A stretch of DNA of 62,000 nucleotides from assembly GCF_932274485.2 (NCBI RefSeq), contig NC_065882.2:83638001-83700000 (forward strand), written 5' to 3'. A program made the translations under genes and the position numbers. Shown here one piece after another: positions 1 to 13,414 of this stretch. The notes under the pieces are model-generated. The model was not told the DNA's origin. It saw only the letters and a list, made by a program, of their open reading frames with translations, and did not search any database. Every line of letters begins with the position of its first letter. The first letter of the stretch is position 1.

Positions 1-59
1 TGAGTCAATATCTTGGCATTTGAGGTCATTGCTGGGAGAAATTCTTGTGGACGAGGGGG

Positions 60-1130
60 CCAGAAATGTGAGTCAATTAGACAAAATCTCGAGATCTGCC
101 CCCTGTCAATTTCGCCTGTTTTGCAAGAGTTGACAGAACTTTTGTATAGTCTGACGCCCCACGACCCACACACCAGTGCCAGTGGTAATACTAACATAAC
201 TAGGCAGTTCAGTATAACCGTGAATATGATAGTGCTGAGACAGTATAAGACAACAGAGGAGTGGAAGAATGATGTTATAATGGAATCGAGCGCCACAGGC
301 GCAAAAAAATTTGAGATGTGTAACCGAGCTTTTAATTTTTGGGACTGGGCCTGACAATTTTAGTCAATGTCATGGAAAATGGATCCAAATTCTCGTTAAC
401 GAGAGAATAAGAAATGGGACAGAATCTTGAGGACTATCTGTCAATGTCGCCTGTTTTGTGAGAATAGAACTAACAATTCTACAGTCTTTTGACCCACGAC
501 TCACTCACTAGTGGTACTACTAACTGGACGATTCACTGTTACTGTGAATATAATAGTGATGAGATAGTAAAAGTCAGAGAAGGAGTTGAAGAATGATGAC
601 ATAATGGAATTGAGACCGACTATTTTTTTGCCATGGGGTGAAAAACATTTTTTTCAAACATGATAAGTCGACACGGTTATTTTATACTAAAGTTTTGCGT
701 GAGTAGAGTGACGTGTGCAGTGAGCATTTATTTTTATACCGACTGCTCATATCTTACGACCGACTGCACTGATTTTGCGACCGACTAGTATTTGGGATCT
801 ATTCTGGCATTATTTGTTTACCTCATTAATTCATTAAGACGGCAATGCATAATTTTGAGACCGACTGCAGTGACTGCACTTATTTTGAGACCGACTATTT
901 TTCTCCCTGGGGAAAATTTTGTTCTTAGACCTACATACTCACAACAGAATAAGAGTGAAACACATTAAGTTGACAAGGTTATTTTATACTAAAGTTTTGC
1001 GTGAGTAGCGTGACGTGTGCAGTCAGCACTTATTTTGATACCGACTGCTCTTATTTTGCGACCGACTGTACTGATTTTGCGACTGCTCTTATTTTGCGAC
1101 CGACTGCACTGATTTTGCGACCGACTATTG
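60..1130. repeat. Local duplications and (GACCGACTGCAC...TTTTGC) repeats
   Basis: 80-290 resembles 418-615; 665-790 resembles 968-1130; multiple GACCGACT units. Confidence 0.7.
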
Positions 1131-1193
1131 TTTTTCCTGACCCCCCCCCCACATTTACGCCCCTGCGCATCTTTGAACTTGTGTATATAAATA

Positions 1194-1505
1194 AAATGAA
1201 ATGAAATGGAGTTTAACGCCCTACTGTTTTGCTCCGAACTGGGCTAATGAAGACGGGCATACGCCATACAGTGTGCTATGAAGGAAATTTTGCCCTGACA
1301 GCGGCATTACGGGCCTACTCTTATATCGAATTCCAACTGCCAAGGAATCTTTTACGTGCAAGACAATGTGTACACGGGACCTCAGTTTTTCATCCGAATG
1401 ACCAGACAGCTGTCTGGATGAACTTTGTCGGCCAATGCAGGGATCGAAGACCCGACCTCCAGGCTAGTGAGCCAGCGTCTTACCCACTTAGCCACCGTGA
1501 CCCCT
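1194..1505 (-). mobile_element. tRNA-derived SINE family A (Deu/Nin-like core), full length
   Basis: A box TGGCTAAGTGG, B-box-like TTCGATCC, core CCTACTCTT...GGACCTC.GTTT..CATCCGAA.GAC, (CATTT)n tail; 15 or more copies or fragments in the window. Confidence 0.8.
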
Positions 1506-3730
1506 TGTGTATATAAACTACCGGATCATTGGGTCTTACATACGATCAAACATAGGGGGAAATGGATGTTATTCTTTAGAGCTGGGTCTTATTTATGCGC
1601 TAAAACTTGAAGGTTGCTGTTCGTTTTCACCATTAGGCCCATTGTTGTAATAGCATAGTCCGCATGTATGTGTGTACATCCGGGGGGGGGGGGTGCTCCA
1701 CCTTTTTTATTGGCAATAAAATGTGTTTTAACATTTTAACTATATATACCCCTCTTCTTTTGTATTGATATTTGTATATATATATTATTTCGGTACTTCG
1801 GTTTCACAGAGGTTAAGCCTATTGCCCACTCCGATCCCCAATACTGAATCAAAATAGTGTTTCGGTTTGTTTTTTTAAATAAGTAGAAAGGGTCATTAAG
1901 GCTATCTTTATCTTTTGATATAACCTGCATAAATTCCGCTGTATAATATCGTTTGTGAAGAACATGTGGCAGTTATCAAGTGGCCATAGACTACCACTTC
2001 CGGGTTCGGAGTTATGCTATTTCCGGGTCATGGCTATACCCGTGCTACACCGGACCAACCACTGGTATACACATAATATTGTCAGGGCCGGATTAAGCTT
2101 GAATGGGGTCCCTGGATGAAATGTCACTTGGCCAACAGTAAAAAGGGGGGCATATTCCCGTCATTATCTGTCACAGTCACACAGCCTCACATATTTGTAC
2201 TGTTTAAACTGACCTGTTTTAACAGCATGTTGTTACTCGGATCAAAACAGTGTTTATGAGAAAAGTTTAGTCACGGGTTCGCTCGTGCACTGCAGGTAGC
2301 CCAGCGTGACAATAACCATTCACTTATGTATCAATGAAGCCATGACAAAATGGGCTTCTTTACGCGTTGAACTTTTAGAAATACGTAGTTACGGACTCTA
2401 TTAAAACTTTGGCTAAAACCCGGCGATTATAGTTCTAATTTAGTTGAGTGTAATCAATGACGTATATATTGTAACGGTTTTCGGTTCAGAGTCACCTCGT
2501 GTAGTTTCGTTCTGTTTCTATCTTTTAAACTCACTCTCGCGGCAACTTAGGAACACCGCACACAAAATTGAGACCGAAAATTAACTGAACGAAATGTATT
2601 GTCGAAGTCTTCATTAAACAGACTTCTCTGATTAAAATAAAATTACGATACCGGTCAGAGCACTCGAATTCTATTTTTTTAGGACGTGTAACGTGTGCTT
2701 GGTATTGGATGTGTATTTTTTAAAATTTGTCTGTGATAATTATTGGAAACATAATAGGATTATTACAAACGATATTTCAAAAACTAAAGACTGCGCATGC
2801 GTACAAGCCCTAAATTCAATCGTTATTTGAACATAAGTTAAAAACCGAAGAATTCCGAATTAATTTTTGTTCCAGAGCAAAGCTTTTATGTAACCAAGAA
2901 CCATAACTCGTTTTGTCACTAAGAGTTAACTCCCTTGATAATGGGACTCGATCACTTTTTTCAGCGCATGTCCAGGTGTTAATATCTTCATAAATTTAAC
3001 ATGGCAAGACTTTCAATATTGCTGAATGAGGTTTTTAGTGTAAGCATCATCGTATAATGTTAAAATAAACCCAAAATATTGTTTGTAGGATGAAATGTCT
3101 TCTGGTCCTGAACCATGGTAGATAGATAGACTTATTTGTCCCTTCTCGATCGAAGATAACGGCACTATTTACACAAGAGTTGTTTTCGTTGGAAATTGTA
3201 ATTGTCACCGGTGTCTTGAACTCTCTGTTATTATCACGACACAAAAAACACTTCACTTTTCCAATATCCTCTCATCAGGTCATCGACAAACTATAAATTT
3301 TATGGAAACTTTTTGACGCTTTAAATGTTATTCCATGGCGTCGATCTATGTATATAACGACCATGTTGCTTATTTAGAATACCAATATTTACTCCTATGA
3401 TAATCAGGTTTTTATGTCCCCAGTTTCTAGATACATTTTCCCTCTGAAGATATGCGTCATTCCATGCCAAAACCAACAAACGTTATCGAATAAACACTCG
3501 ACTAAGTTTGCAGATATGACGATAACGGTATTTCTTATGTCCAAATGGAAAAAATAGCACTAGAGATAAACTGTCGCATAATTATCGGCACTTACGATCT
3601 CTAGTTTTTCGATTCAAAAATGCTTAGTGTTTTAAACTAGAAAAGTTTGATCTCGAATAGGTTAAAGCGCATGTTACAAGCTTTCTGTGGCAGCAACCTC
3701 CAACCAGACACTTCAAACAGGACGGAAAGG

Positions 3731-4039
3731 ATGAATTTCGTTTTCTGCTTAACATTTTATTCTTTCTTCGTACTAAATTACGCAAGCAATGAGAAGTTTT
3801 TCAGACCAGCTTATTGTCCGAATTCGGTGCTCCATCTATATGAAGCTTACGAAATTCATCAAGCGCGAAGTGTTGTGGACTGTTCTATACGGTGTTCTGA
3901 GAACACGAACTGTTTCTCTTTGACGTATTCAAAAAACACGCTAACCTGTCGGTTGAATCAAGGAGTTATGTCCGATATATGTAGTAATGTCGAAACAGTA
4001 GCTGATGGCGTGTACCTGGAAAAGATTCAAACTGCTCCG
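3731..4039 (+). CDS. Exon 1 of secreted PAN/Apple-EGF-fibrinogen (FReD) protein: signal peptide plus PAN/Apple domain
   Basis: ATG at 3731; hydrophobic leader MNFVFCLTFYSFFVLNYAS; PAN pattern (SVVDCSIRCSENTNCFSLTYSKNTLTCRLN); ends CCG|GTAAG, 309 nt, phase 0. Confidence 0.85.
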
Positions 4040-4573
4040 GTAAGTTCTTATGTTAACTTCAAATCATATGGAATGAACTGTAATAAGCTTTAACGTTCTA
4101 CTTTTTTGCACCGACTGGGCTAATGAAAATGGACAAACTCCATGAGTTGTGCTATAAGGAAACATTTGGCCTGACAGCGCCACTGTGGCCTACTCTTATT
4201 TCCAATTCCAATTGCCATGGGTTCATTTAAGTGCACGCCAATGTGTACACCTCGGTGGTTCGGTAAATATGACTCTGGCTGGGTAACCGTGACGGAGGGG
4301 AGGTGGGGGTGGAGTCGATACCGGTGTTAGTACAGAAAGCCCCTGGGCAGTTCCTAGTCTGGTTTACTGTGTTCAATGTACCTGTCGGTGTTAAATAAAA
4401 TTTAACTACTGTTTTAAGAAAAATGTTTCGCATCGGTCGGCTGGGCTGGTCGTTTATAGATATAAACATACAATGTGTTTTCATATTAACGTTGCAAGAT
4501 CGATTGGGACACATAAATATGCTTATAACTTACTACTGATTTGTCAATATATTGTATTTTCTAATATGTAAAA

Positions 4574-4775
4574 CTAGAAGAATGCCCGGCTTCGCACGGG
4601 GGCCATAACTCCGAAACCGGAGGTGTTAGACTAACGCCACCTAGCCTATGTTACTCCCCGGTCCGAGCTACCCCTATACCCCAAATTTCAGACTCGGGGA
4701 AGACCTAGTGTAGCCGCCAACCCCGAACAAACAAACAGACAGACAAACGACAGTCACAAATATTAGTATAGAAGA
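4574..4775 (-). mobile_element. 202-bp non-autonomous Helitron
   Basis: On minus: 5' TC(TTCTATACTAATA), (TGTC/TGTT)n, subterminal hairpin CCCGTGCGAAGCCGGG, 3' CTAG; inserted between A and T with no TSD. Confidence 0.8.
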
Positions 4776-5312
4776 TGTTATAAAATCTCAAAAGGCACAA
4801 TCAACATGCACTTTATTACAAGAAAACGTAAAAATGTATTTGTATATATCAAGATTCAAAGAACTAGAAAAAAAACCGCTAGACGTTTTTTCTTTTCTTA
4901 TATCTCTTTGCCGGGAATAATAGGGGTTTCCACATACTGGAGAACCTCGAACTCACGTGAGCTGTGAAAAAACTCCAAAACAAATGATTCTTGCTTTTTA
5001 TGAAAGGTCCAATTCAGTGCAACACCAGGAAAAAAAATCCACCAAAATCGGCTTTGGGAAAAAAAAGTTACATGCGTTCTGGTTCAACTATCCACCCTTT
5101 TCTCACTTTTCGTCACAGTTTTCGGCAAACCGAGAATATATTTATGCATTATAAATGCTTCTCCGCGATTAGACCATCAACATAATCAATATCTTCAGAT
5201 TTGAATAATTTGTCATAGGCGTCCCTAGTTACCCTCCACTCCCTCACCCCCAGCCAAGCTCATTTAATAACCACACGAAACGTGTTGCAAAATGTTAAGC
5301 ATATTCACATAT

Positions 5313-6110
5313 ATCCCCGCCGGGTATGACGATATACACAATACTACCCAATACTAATTAAATACTGGTGGGGTATCCCCGCCGGGTAGGGCGATATACA
5401 CAATACTACCGAATGCTAACTAAATACTGGTGGGGTATCCCCGCCGGGTATGACGATATACACAATACTACCCAAAACTAACTAAATACTGGTGGTGTAT
5501 CCCCGTATTGTAGGACGATATACACAATACTACCCAAGACTAACTAAATACTGTTGGGGTATCCCCGCCGGATAGGGCGATATACACAATACTACCCAAT
5601 GCTAACTAAATACTGGTGGGGTATCCCCGCCGGGTAGGGTGATATACACAATACTACCCAATGCTAACTAAATACTGGTGGGGTATCCCCGTCGGGTAGG
5701 ACGATATACACAATACTACCCAATACTAACTAAATACTGGTGGGGTATCCCCGCCGGGTAGGGCGATATACACAATACTACCCAATGCTAACTAAATACT
5801 GGTGGGGTATCCCCGCCGGGTAGGGCGATATACACAATACTACCCAATACTAACTAAATACTGGTGGGGTATCCCCGCTGGGTAGGGTGATATACACAAT
5901 ACTATCCAATGCTAACTAAATACTGGTGGGGTATCCCCGCCGGGTAGGGCGATATACACAATACTACCTAATACTAACTAAATACTGGTGGGGTATCCCC
6001 GCTGGGTAGGGCGATATACACAATACTACCCAATGCTAACTAAATACTGGTGGGGTATCCCCGCCGGCTAGGACGATATACACAAAACCACCCAATACAA
6101 ACTAAATACT
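5313..6110. repeat. Minisatellite, 62-bp unit, about 13 copies
   Basis: Unit ATCCCCGCCGGGTAGGGCGATATACACAATACTACCCAATRCTAACTAAATACTGGTGGGGT starts at 5313, 5375, 5437 and onward. Confidence 0.95.
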
Positions 6111-6959
6111 ACCAAGTACTACCTCATTATTGTAAAATACTAATACAATACTTGAACTATATTGGGTAAATCTTGTTTTAACACCATACTCCAAATATAT
6201 TGGGTAATACTGGTTAATTGATCCTGCCGTCCCGTCCCGACGTTCATAATTGTATCACGCCAAAGACTAAGCCAGATGAGCCCACTCCTGGGCGCACGAA
6301 ACTTGTTGCAAAATGTTCAGCATAAGAATGACAATGGCCAAACCTTTTCAGTGGTGGGGTACCCCAGCCAGAAATCTAATTGCTAATGACTAGCGAATAA
6401 AACATATATGAAAACCATCAACACATTCCAAAGAATCATAAATGGTCAATCCAAAGCATTTTCAGTTATGAAGTACCCCTGTCATGCGAAGCGTTCAAAC
6501 TGTAAATTTGACCGTTCTCGGCAATAATTGTCTCACCGCGCTCGCTCTAACTCTTTATCTGATCATGACACGGCATCTCTTCATGACCCTAGTGACTTTA
6601 AACATGAATCCTGTACAGAGGAACCCAATTCGGACCCAGAAGAACATGTATACTAGCCCTTTTAATATTTCATTGGTTCTTGAATCACCTTACGTAAAAT
6701 ATTTTAGAACAATCACACTTAGATGTTTTGTTGATTGATGGTGTGCTCGTCGGTGGTAAGGAATGAAAAACAGTCTATGTTTAAATTATCTGAAGTCCAG
6801 CGTCACCAGCTCGCCTTCACATACTCCCTGATACATATAACATTCTTTGCAACAGATTGAAGCCAATGTTAAACTATATACCCTTGTGAAAAATACCAAA
6901 CAAATAAGATCAACCAACTAAATCCCAACAACCAAGCACCTTCTAAAACAATTCCAGAA

Positions 6960-7800
6960 TGGATATATTGCCAAAATCGTAGTAAACATAGCCCCCTCAT
7001 GGGTGACCCAATTTCTCTACCATCACACGAACTGAAGTTTGTACCCAAAACCATACCCAAAGACCATGATGATTATATCGCCAGTATTGAGGTGACACTA
7101 CGTCAGTCAGCACCAGGAGGTAAAGTCAACTATCTACGACACCAAATCCCCAAAACAAGCTATCAACCACACCAAAACAGAACATGAAGCACTGTTAACA
7201 CCAAGTCAACCTACACACGGGTAACAAAAGATCCCATGTCTGCTCATCCTGAAAAATCCCAAATCCCTTAAATCGTATACTGCCAACAAAACTCACCAAA
7301 ACAAAAACAGATTACATGTGTGCTCGCGAGACTCTGTCTACTACAAAATAGTCCAATACCTTATTATCATCAATTGACTCCAAAAGATGTCTGAAATAAC
7401 ATCATCAAGGTATAAGCTCAGCTGCTACGATACTGTTGACTTGGTCACGACCGCAAATCCGTACTAGACCACCTCAACACCCAGCATAATGAAATTAAGT
7501 TCATCATGGGAAAAGAAAGAGAAAACAGTCTTCCATTTCACGATGTCATTGTCCGAAGAAGTTTCAGTGTATAGGAGACCAAAACACACCATTCAGGAGC
7601 TCCATCATTACAAACCCAACCACCCGTATCATACCAAAAGAGCCATCATCGCGATACTCCCAGCCACTCCCTCAATATTTGTGACCATGATCTCCACCAT
7701 AATGGAATTTGAAACAAGGCTTTTCAACTTTTAATCCCACGCTGTTAATCAACACCACAAAGTCACCAGAAACTGATCCATCGCCCATCCGCGTCAGCAT
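6960..7800 (+). mobile_element. Degenerate Penelope-like retroelement fragment
   Basis: LKFVPK..DYIASIE segment and thumb-region motifs (IKF..E.ENSLPFHDV, VYRRPKHT..LH..NHP...KRAII) spread across broken frames. Confidence 0.7.
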
Positions 7801-8946
7801 ACCAAATCAGACTAGTATGGTGGATCTTAATAGTTGCGCTAATAATATTGTGTATTAAATATATCATGAAATTTTGTCATTGGGTGTGTTTATGGTTACT
7901 TACAATTTAGATTACGCAAAGTTGAGTATACCTAAAATAATTTAGTTTTACAGCCATCATTCATATTGATGAACAATAATAGTACATTAAAAAATTGCCC
8001 AAGGTGGAATGCGGTGGATTTTGCCCTTGATGTACCAGGGACATTCCTCCATACAAAAACGCAATAATCGTTAGTTTCAGATTTTTGTCAACAGGTTGGA
8101 CTGCTCCTGGCAGCCTAACGGCAATAAAAATGTGACAATACGTTTATATATAACATGGATTAAATTTGCACAATTTGTAGTCCACTTTGCGATTGGATTT
8201 CCTTTTCTCTGAAAAACCACAAGAACAGGTCCCAAAAATGTTGTCAATTAACTTACTATTGGTTTATCATTATATTATATAAATCTGAAAAAATTCAATC
8301 AAGATTTATAAGTATATTTACATATATCAAGTTTCAAAGTGCTAGAATGAATGTATTTGGCTGGATCCGCTCAAGATTCTCTCTTGTCTTAAATATGTTT
8401 GTCAGGTACGTCGGAAATAAGAATGCCAAAAACTGTTTAATTCACATGCCATGGGTTTATTCTGGGAAAAGGTCCATTTTTTCGCTTCGCTCGGCATCAA
8501 ACACGCCCCTGTATGAAATTACATCAATTCAAGAGTTGTCTGTCAACTTCGTAATAATTAAAATTATGACCCTGGATAAATAAATATATGTTCTTTAACC
8601 CAATTGCTGTCCTTTGCCATGTTATTTACGGTTTCGTCGTTCGTGAATGTCTGCAATAGTTCGTGATTAACAGAAATGGAAATTGATTATATTTTAAAAT
8701 TGAAGAAAATAAATGACCGACTATTATCTTCCCTTGTATTATGTATCAAAGTAGATTTATTTTGGAGTGTAATAAAGTTGGAGTTAAATGCAAGAAGGTG
8801 TAACACTATCTAAGTGATAACAGATATCAGTTGCATACATGCAGGGTTTATTTACATCGGAACAGAATATTAAACAGCTACATAAATTAAACAGGAACTA
8901 AACTACACCCGGAACATAAATCAAACATCAACACGGTACATTAATA

Positions 8947-10412
8947 TACTCAGCCAAATTAAAAACTTGACACTGATGAATTTCAACAAATTTTTTTTTC
9001 TGGTAAGTCAAATAAATTTTAAAGTGTTTCTAACGATAGTAAGTAGTAAGAAGCCTTTAATTTCATAAAATTGTAAAGTCACGTGGATCACTTGACTTAT
9101 GAGCATATAAAGATGAAAACCCCGAAAAACACGTGCAAATACAAACTCGTGAGGTCAATCGATGCAAGTTTGCTTAAACTGAACACGCACACGTAACTTG
9201 AACTGGAAAAACAAATTAAAATTGTTATTTTCATCTTTGTTAGAAAATGCCGCGCCTTTCAAATGTAGAACGTCTACATGCTATAGGTAGGCTCTATGCT
9301 GGTCAGTCTGTGGTCACTGTTGCAAGAGCCTTTAATTGTTCACGCCAGACAATAATTAATCTTAGAATGAGAGTGCTTCAAACTGGCACTATTGCCGATC
9401 GCCCAAGGGCGGGAGCGCCACGTGTGACGTCACTCCAGTGTTTGGTGGAAGGGTAACTGCACAAACTGTTCGAAATCGCTTGCAGGCTGCTGGTCTTCGA
9501 GCTCGGAGGCCCTATAATGGACCAATATTGACACCTCTTCATCGCCGTAACCGACTTGTGTGGGCCACAAGACACATAAGATTTACTCAAAGACAGTGGA
9601 TTTCGGTTGTCTTTAGTGACGAATCTCGATTCACTTTGAGATTTGCCGATGGCAGGGTCCGAGTGTACCGCAGACGAGGTGAACGTTACGCTTAAGTATG
9701 CGTCAGAGAAGTTGACCGATTTGGTGGCGGCAGTGTCATGGTTTGGGGTTCTTTTTGTGCACATGGACGTTCTCCTCTTGTTGTTGTCCAAGGGAACTTA
9801 AATGCTGTCCAGTACAGGGATCAGATTTTGCAACCTGTCCTTCTTCCGTTTATGCAGAGACATGGGCCTGGACTAACGTTTCAACAAGACAATGCTCGAC
9901 CCCATACAGCAATTGCTATCCAGAATGTTTTAAGAAATGCCGGTGTCCAAGTCCTGGATTGGCGTTGCTTAGCCCCGACCTTAATCCTATTGAACACATC
10001 TGGGACGAACTGGGTCGACGTGTTCTTCAGCAAGTGAATCCACCACTGACGTTTCAGGACCTTCAACATGCTCTTGCTGAGCAGTGGCGACGTCTTGCTC
10101 GGGTAGTGTTTACTAATGTTCTGAGATCCATGCGAAGACGTTGTGTGGCAGTACGAAACGCTAGAGGAGACCACAACCGTTACTAAACACTTTATTCCGA
10201 TTGTTCTCCAAGTCTGTGAATTTCATTTTGGTGTGTACTGTGACATCACGAACGTTATCAATGTCAAGGACTTTCGGCGAGACGTATTCTTGCTTTCTGT
10301 TGATGTCAAGGTCGTATGTGCACAACATAACACTAAAATAGTTGCCTTAAACCAAATATTAAAAATATAGTCCCGAAAATCCAGACTGTCAAGTTTTTAA
10401 TTTGGCTGAGTA
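8947..10412 (+). mobile_element. Full-length Tc1/mariner DNA transposon, decayed, in intron 1 of the FReD gene
   Basis: Perfect 26-bp TIRs TACTCAGCCAAATTAAAAACTTGACA (8947-8972, 10387-10412) with TA on both flanks. Confidence 0.93.
9247..10186 (+). pseudogene. Tc1 transposase pseudogene
   Basis: HTH N-terminus and motifs VFSDESRF, MVWG, FQQDNARPH, SPDLNPIEHIW; frameshift/deletion near 9435, stop at 9693-9695, frameshift near 9965. Confidence 0.92.
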
Positions 10413-11449
10413 TATATTATATGACTATATTTCAACTATTTCGCTCTTCACCGGTCTCTCTTCTCTCACTACAGGAATCACAGGGTCTTATATACCCTCA
10501 TATTGCTAACTGTTAAAATTTTATTTAAACAAGAACATTTTCACTACATGTGGAAATTATTATAAATAAGTGTATGTATGTAGTGGACAATATATCTTAT
10601 ATCAATAACGTATGGGGGTTCAGTGAGTTCGCACAAGTCGGGTTCAAACTGGTTCTATGCATTTAAATAAATACTTTACATGTATACAATATAATCTTAA
10701 TATGATACGAGTATGGAGTACTTTGTCATAAAGTCTGCTTGAAATTCTATATACATGTGCGTTATGTATAGGATATTAACCTATCCGAAAAGTCGCCATA
10801 CCGAGTCTGAAAAGTCGCCAAGTAAGTCCGAAAGGTCGTCAAACTGAGTCCGAAACGACGCGGGACCGAAATGACGTGCTACCATTGAGAACACGCGTTC
10901 TCTATCGTATCAATCCGAGGGAGAGTAGGTTTATATCCGACATATACAACGCCATTTCACCCTTAAATTTAATAGGCTCTTCCATGGAGTATGGATAACC
11001 GATTTAAATATGCCGATAAGAACGCCGTCTATTTCGGTTCTAAATGTTATAAACTGTACCATAACAATTTTTAATTGTTGAAAGAATAACAATTTATTTC
11101 TGTGTTTTTTGTATTATTTCGATCATCTACATCATTAGCGGTTGATATAAGCCGAATATATAGACCTAAGATGACGACATTAGCGGTTGATATTTCATAT
11201 CAACCTGTCATTACGTCATCAGAGGTTGATATGAAAGAATATATCAACGTATGATGACGTCATGACAGGTTGTTATGAGATATAACTGCTATGGACATCA
11301 CAGAAAAAACTACCGCCAGTTGTATAATAATATGTATAAATATCGCAGAATCAATTAATTGTATGCGTTCATAAACTATGATAGTAGTGAGAATTTAATC
11401 CTTGCAACTTTTGTATGAAAATATATTTTTTGTAAAACATTTCTTTTAG

Positions 11450-11537
11450 GTGTGTTTACATGGTGGACAGTACACAGGTGGCAGATGTGTATGTGTAGAT
11501 GGATGGGTAGGCAAACGATGTGAAAGATTAATGACGG
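11450..11537 (+). CDS. Exon 2 of PAN-EGF-FReD gene: EGF-like module
   Basis: tttcttttag|GTG...ACG G|gtaag; VCLHGGQYTGGRCVCVDGWVGKRCERLMT; phase 0 in and phase 1 out, fitting both neighbouring exons; absent from the ORF track. Confidence 0.85.
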
Positions 11538-11672
11538 GTAAGAACATGAAATGGGGTTTTACGTCCTATTGGTCTCACATCGGGTACCACACTGGAAAAT
11601 CCTGATTAACTTTCCCGGCCACCACCAGGATCCAACACGGAACCTCTGGGTTAACGATCCAACCTATTACTC

Positions 11673-11838
11673 ACTGTCCAACCTCGTGGGTTTTCCGCGG
11701 GTCCTCCGGTTTCCTCCCACTGCTAAAGACCCCTACGCGCAAGCGAATTATTGAAATAAAATTAAACCATATGTTCGTCCCGAAATGACCTAGTTTGTGT
11801 CGAGTGGACGTTAAACCCCCATTTCTCTCTCTCTCTCT
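11673..11838 (+). mobile_element. SINE family B (V-domain), 5'-truncated, nested in a family A remnant
   Basis: V core GTGGGTTTTCC..GGGTCCTCCGGTTTCCTCCCAC and (CT)n tail. Confidence 0.78.
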
Positions 11839-12693
11839 TACTCGTTGAGCCACTGCGAAACCTTGTGCCGGATTTAGATTACGAGAATGTTGACTTGACC
11901 TTTAACATTCCAATGATTTTAATCCAGTGTTTGGATATAGATGAAGAGAAGTCCTAGGATATTCCATTTATGCTGTACCGCCCAACCCCCCCTCACCACC
12001 ATCATGACTAGAGAATGATGATAGTGTGTTGAAAATGAGCAAAGCCGAGGATGATGGTGATTGTTTAAGACTACAGTGTGCGTAAGGAAAACTTATGACA
12101 GTATTAAAACTGTTATACATCTTGGCCGGAAGCCCCATCGGTCCAGCTTTGCAAGTAACTCTGGTCTCCCATTCTGTCGTAGCTTCGATTACCACAAATA
12201 GAGGTCTGAACAAAATGGCATCATTTGTGTATTTGGTGACCCGCTAACTGGTATACAGCAAAGATTTGTCTGAGATGTTGCCTCAATCCGCTAGTTAACA
12301 ATGCATGTACATAGACCTACCGGATTTCGAATTTGATATGACGTAACAATTCTAAGATGGCTACGATGGCGGCATGCTATGTTCCTGTTTCATATAGAGC
12401 GCCAGCTATACGATCTGGGTGAACGGCAAGGAAAGACAACTCTGCGCGGGAGATTGATAGAGCGCTTTTACTTGTTACGTCACTGCGAGATACTGGATAT
12501 CATTGACTAGAATTATAACTCGTGTGATCTTTTCCAAGGAATTTGGACTAGTTAGCAAAAGAACCCCAGAAAAAAAAAACGTCACTCCCGGCTACCTTTA
12601 TGTTTGATTTTTTTTTTTATCTCGCAACACCTTTCAAAGAAATACAATTTGATCTATGTCCTTAAATAAACAAGTTACCTATTTCTATTTCAG

Positions 12694-13337
12694 ATTGTAG
12701 TGAGGGCTACAGAGAGCAATACGCCGATCTCGAACTGAACTTGTACACCGTGTTCCCCCCTGGTGCCCAACAACCATTTACGGTAGCGTGTTCCATGATA
12801 TCGCCAGGACGCACTATCCTTATGCAACATTTTCAGCCAGAATTCAAATTCAATCGCACCTGGGACGAATATCAAAATGGCTTTAAGTTCAGCGGTTTCG
12901 AGCATTGGGTTGGACTGGAAAATATTTATCTTCTAACCCGATCCAATGTTGTTAAATTTTACATGAAGTTTGTGAAATCAGCTGGTCAGTCCTACATTAT
13001 GAAGGGTTCTAAGTTTAGAATAGGAAACTCCTCCACGGGATACATGCTTACAAATTGGATTTACGACTCGATGACGTCGAGTTTAGCAGATTGCATGACG
13101 GAACTGTTAAACTATCAATTTGTAACGTTTGATAAAGACAATGTTCAGAAATGTTCAGCTAGTCATGGTGCTGGCTGGTGGTTTGGGCCTAATTGCGCCA
13201 TTTGCAATCCAGCCGGAGACTTGAACGATCCCACAGGCGGAAGTAAAGCGAATGTCCCAAATACTGCCTCCGCTGGTTCTGAGTCATGGAGTCCATGGGG
13301 TGTAACTATTTGGATAGAAATAGAGGGAACATATTAA
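12694..13337 (+). CDS. Exon 3 of PAN-EGF-FReD gene: fibrinogen C-terminal domain; spliced protein 346 aa
   Basis: tatttcag|AT TGT gives (D)CSEGY; FReD motifs FNRTWDEYQNGF, EHWVGLENIYLLT, FVTFDKDN, CSASHGAGWWF...C; TAA at 13335-13337. Confidence 0.9.
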
Positions 13338-13414
13338 AATGATTAATGATAATATATTGAAATGTTCCATAAAACCGAGAAACAAAAAGATAATACTGTG
13401 TTGATATTGAAATG

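Noticed and set aside
13..357. Overlapping ORFs at the window start
   Set aside because: No recognisable motif; they lie in a degenerate local duplication whose second copy has stops
1420..1500. tRNA gene (A and B boxes)
   Set aside because: It is the SINE head, fused to core and tail and present in many decayed copies
5313..6110. CRISPR-like array with palindromic repeats
   Set aside because: Whole units repeat with no unique spacers, there are no cas genes, and the context is a eukaryotic intron
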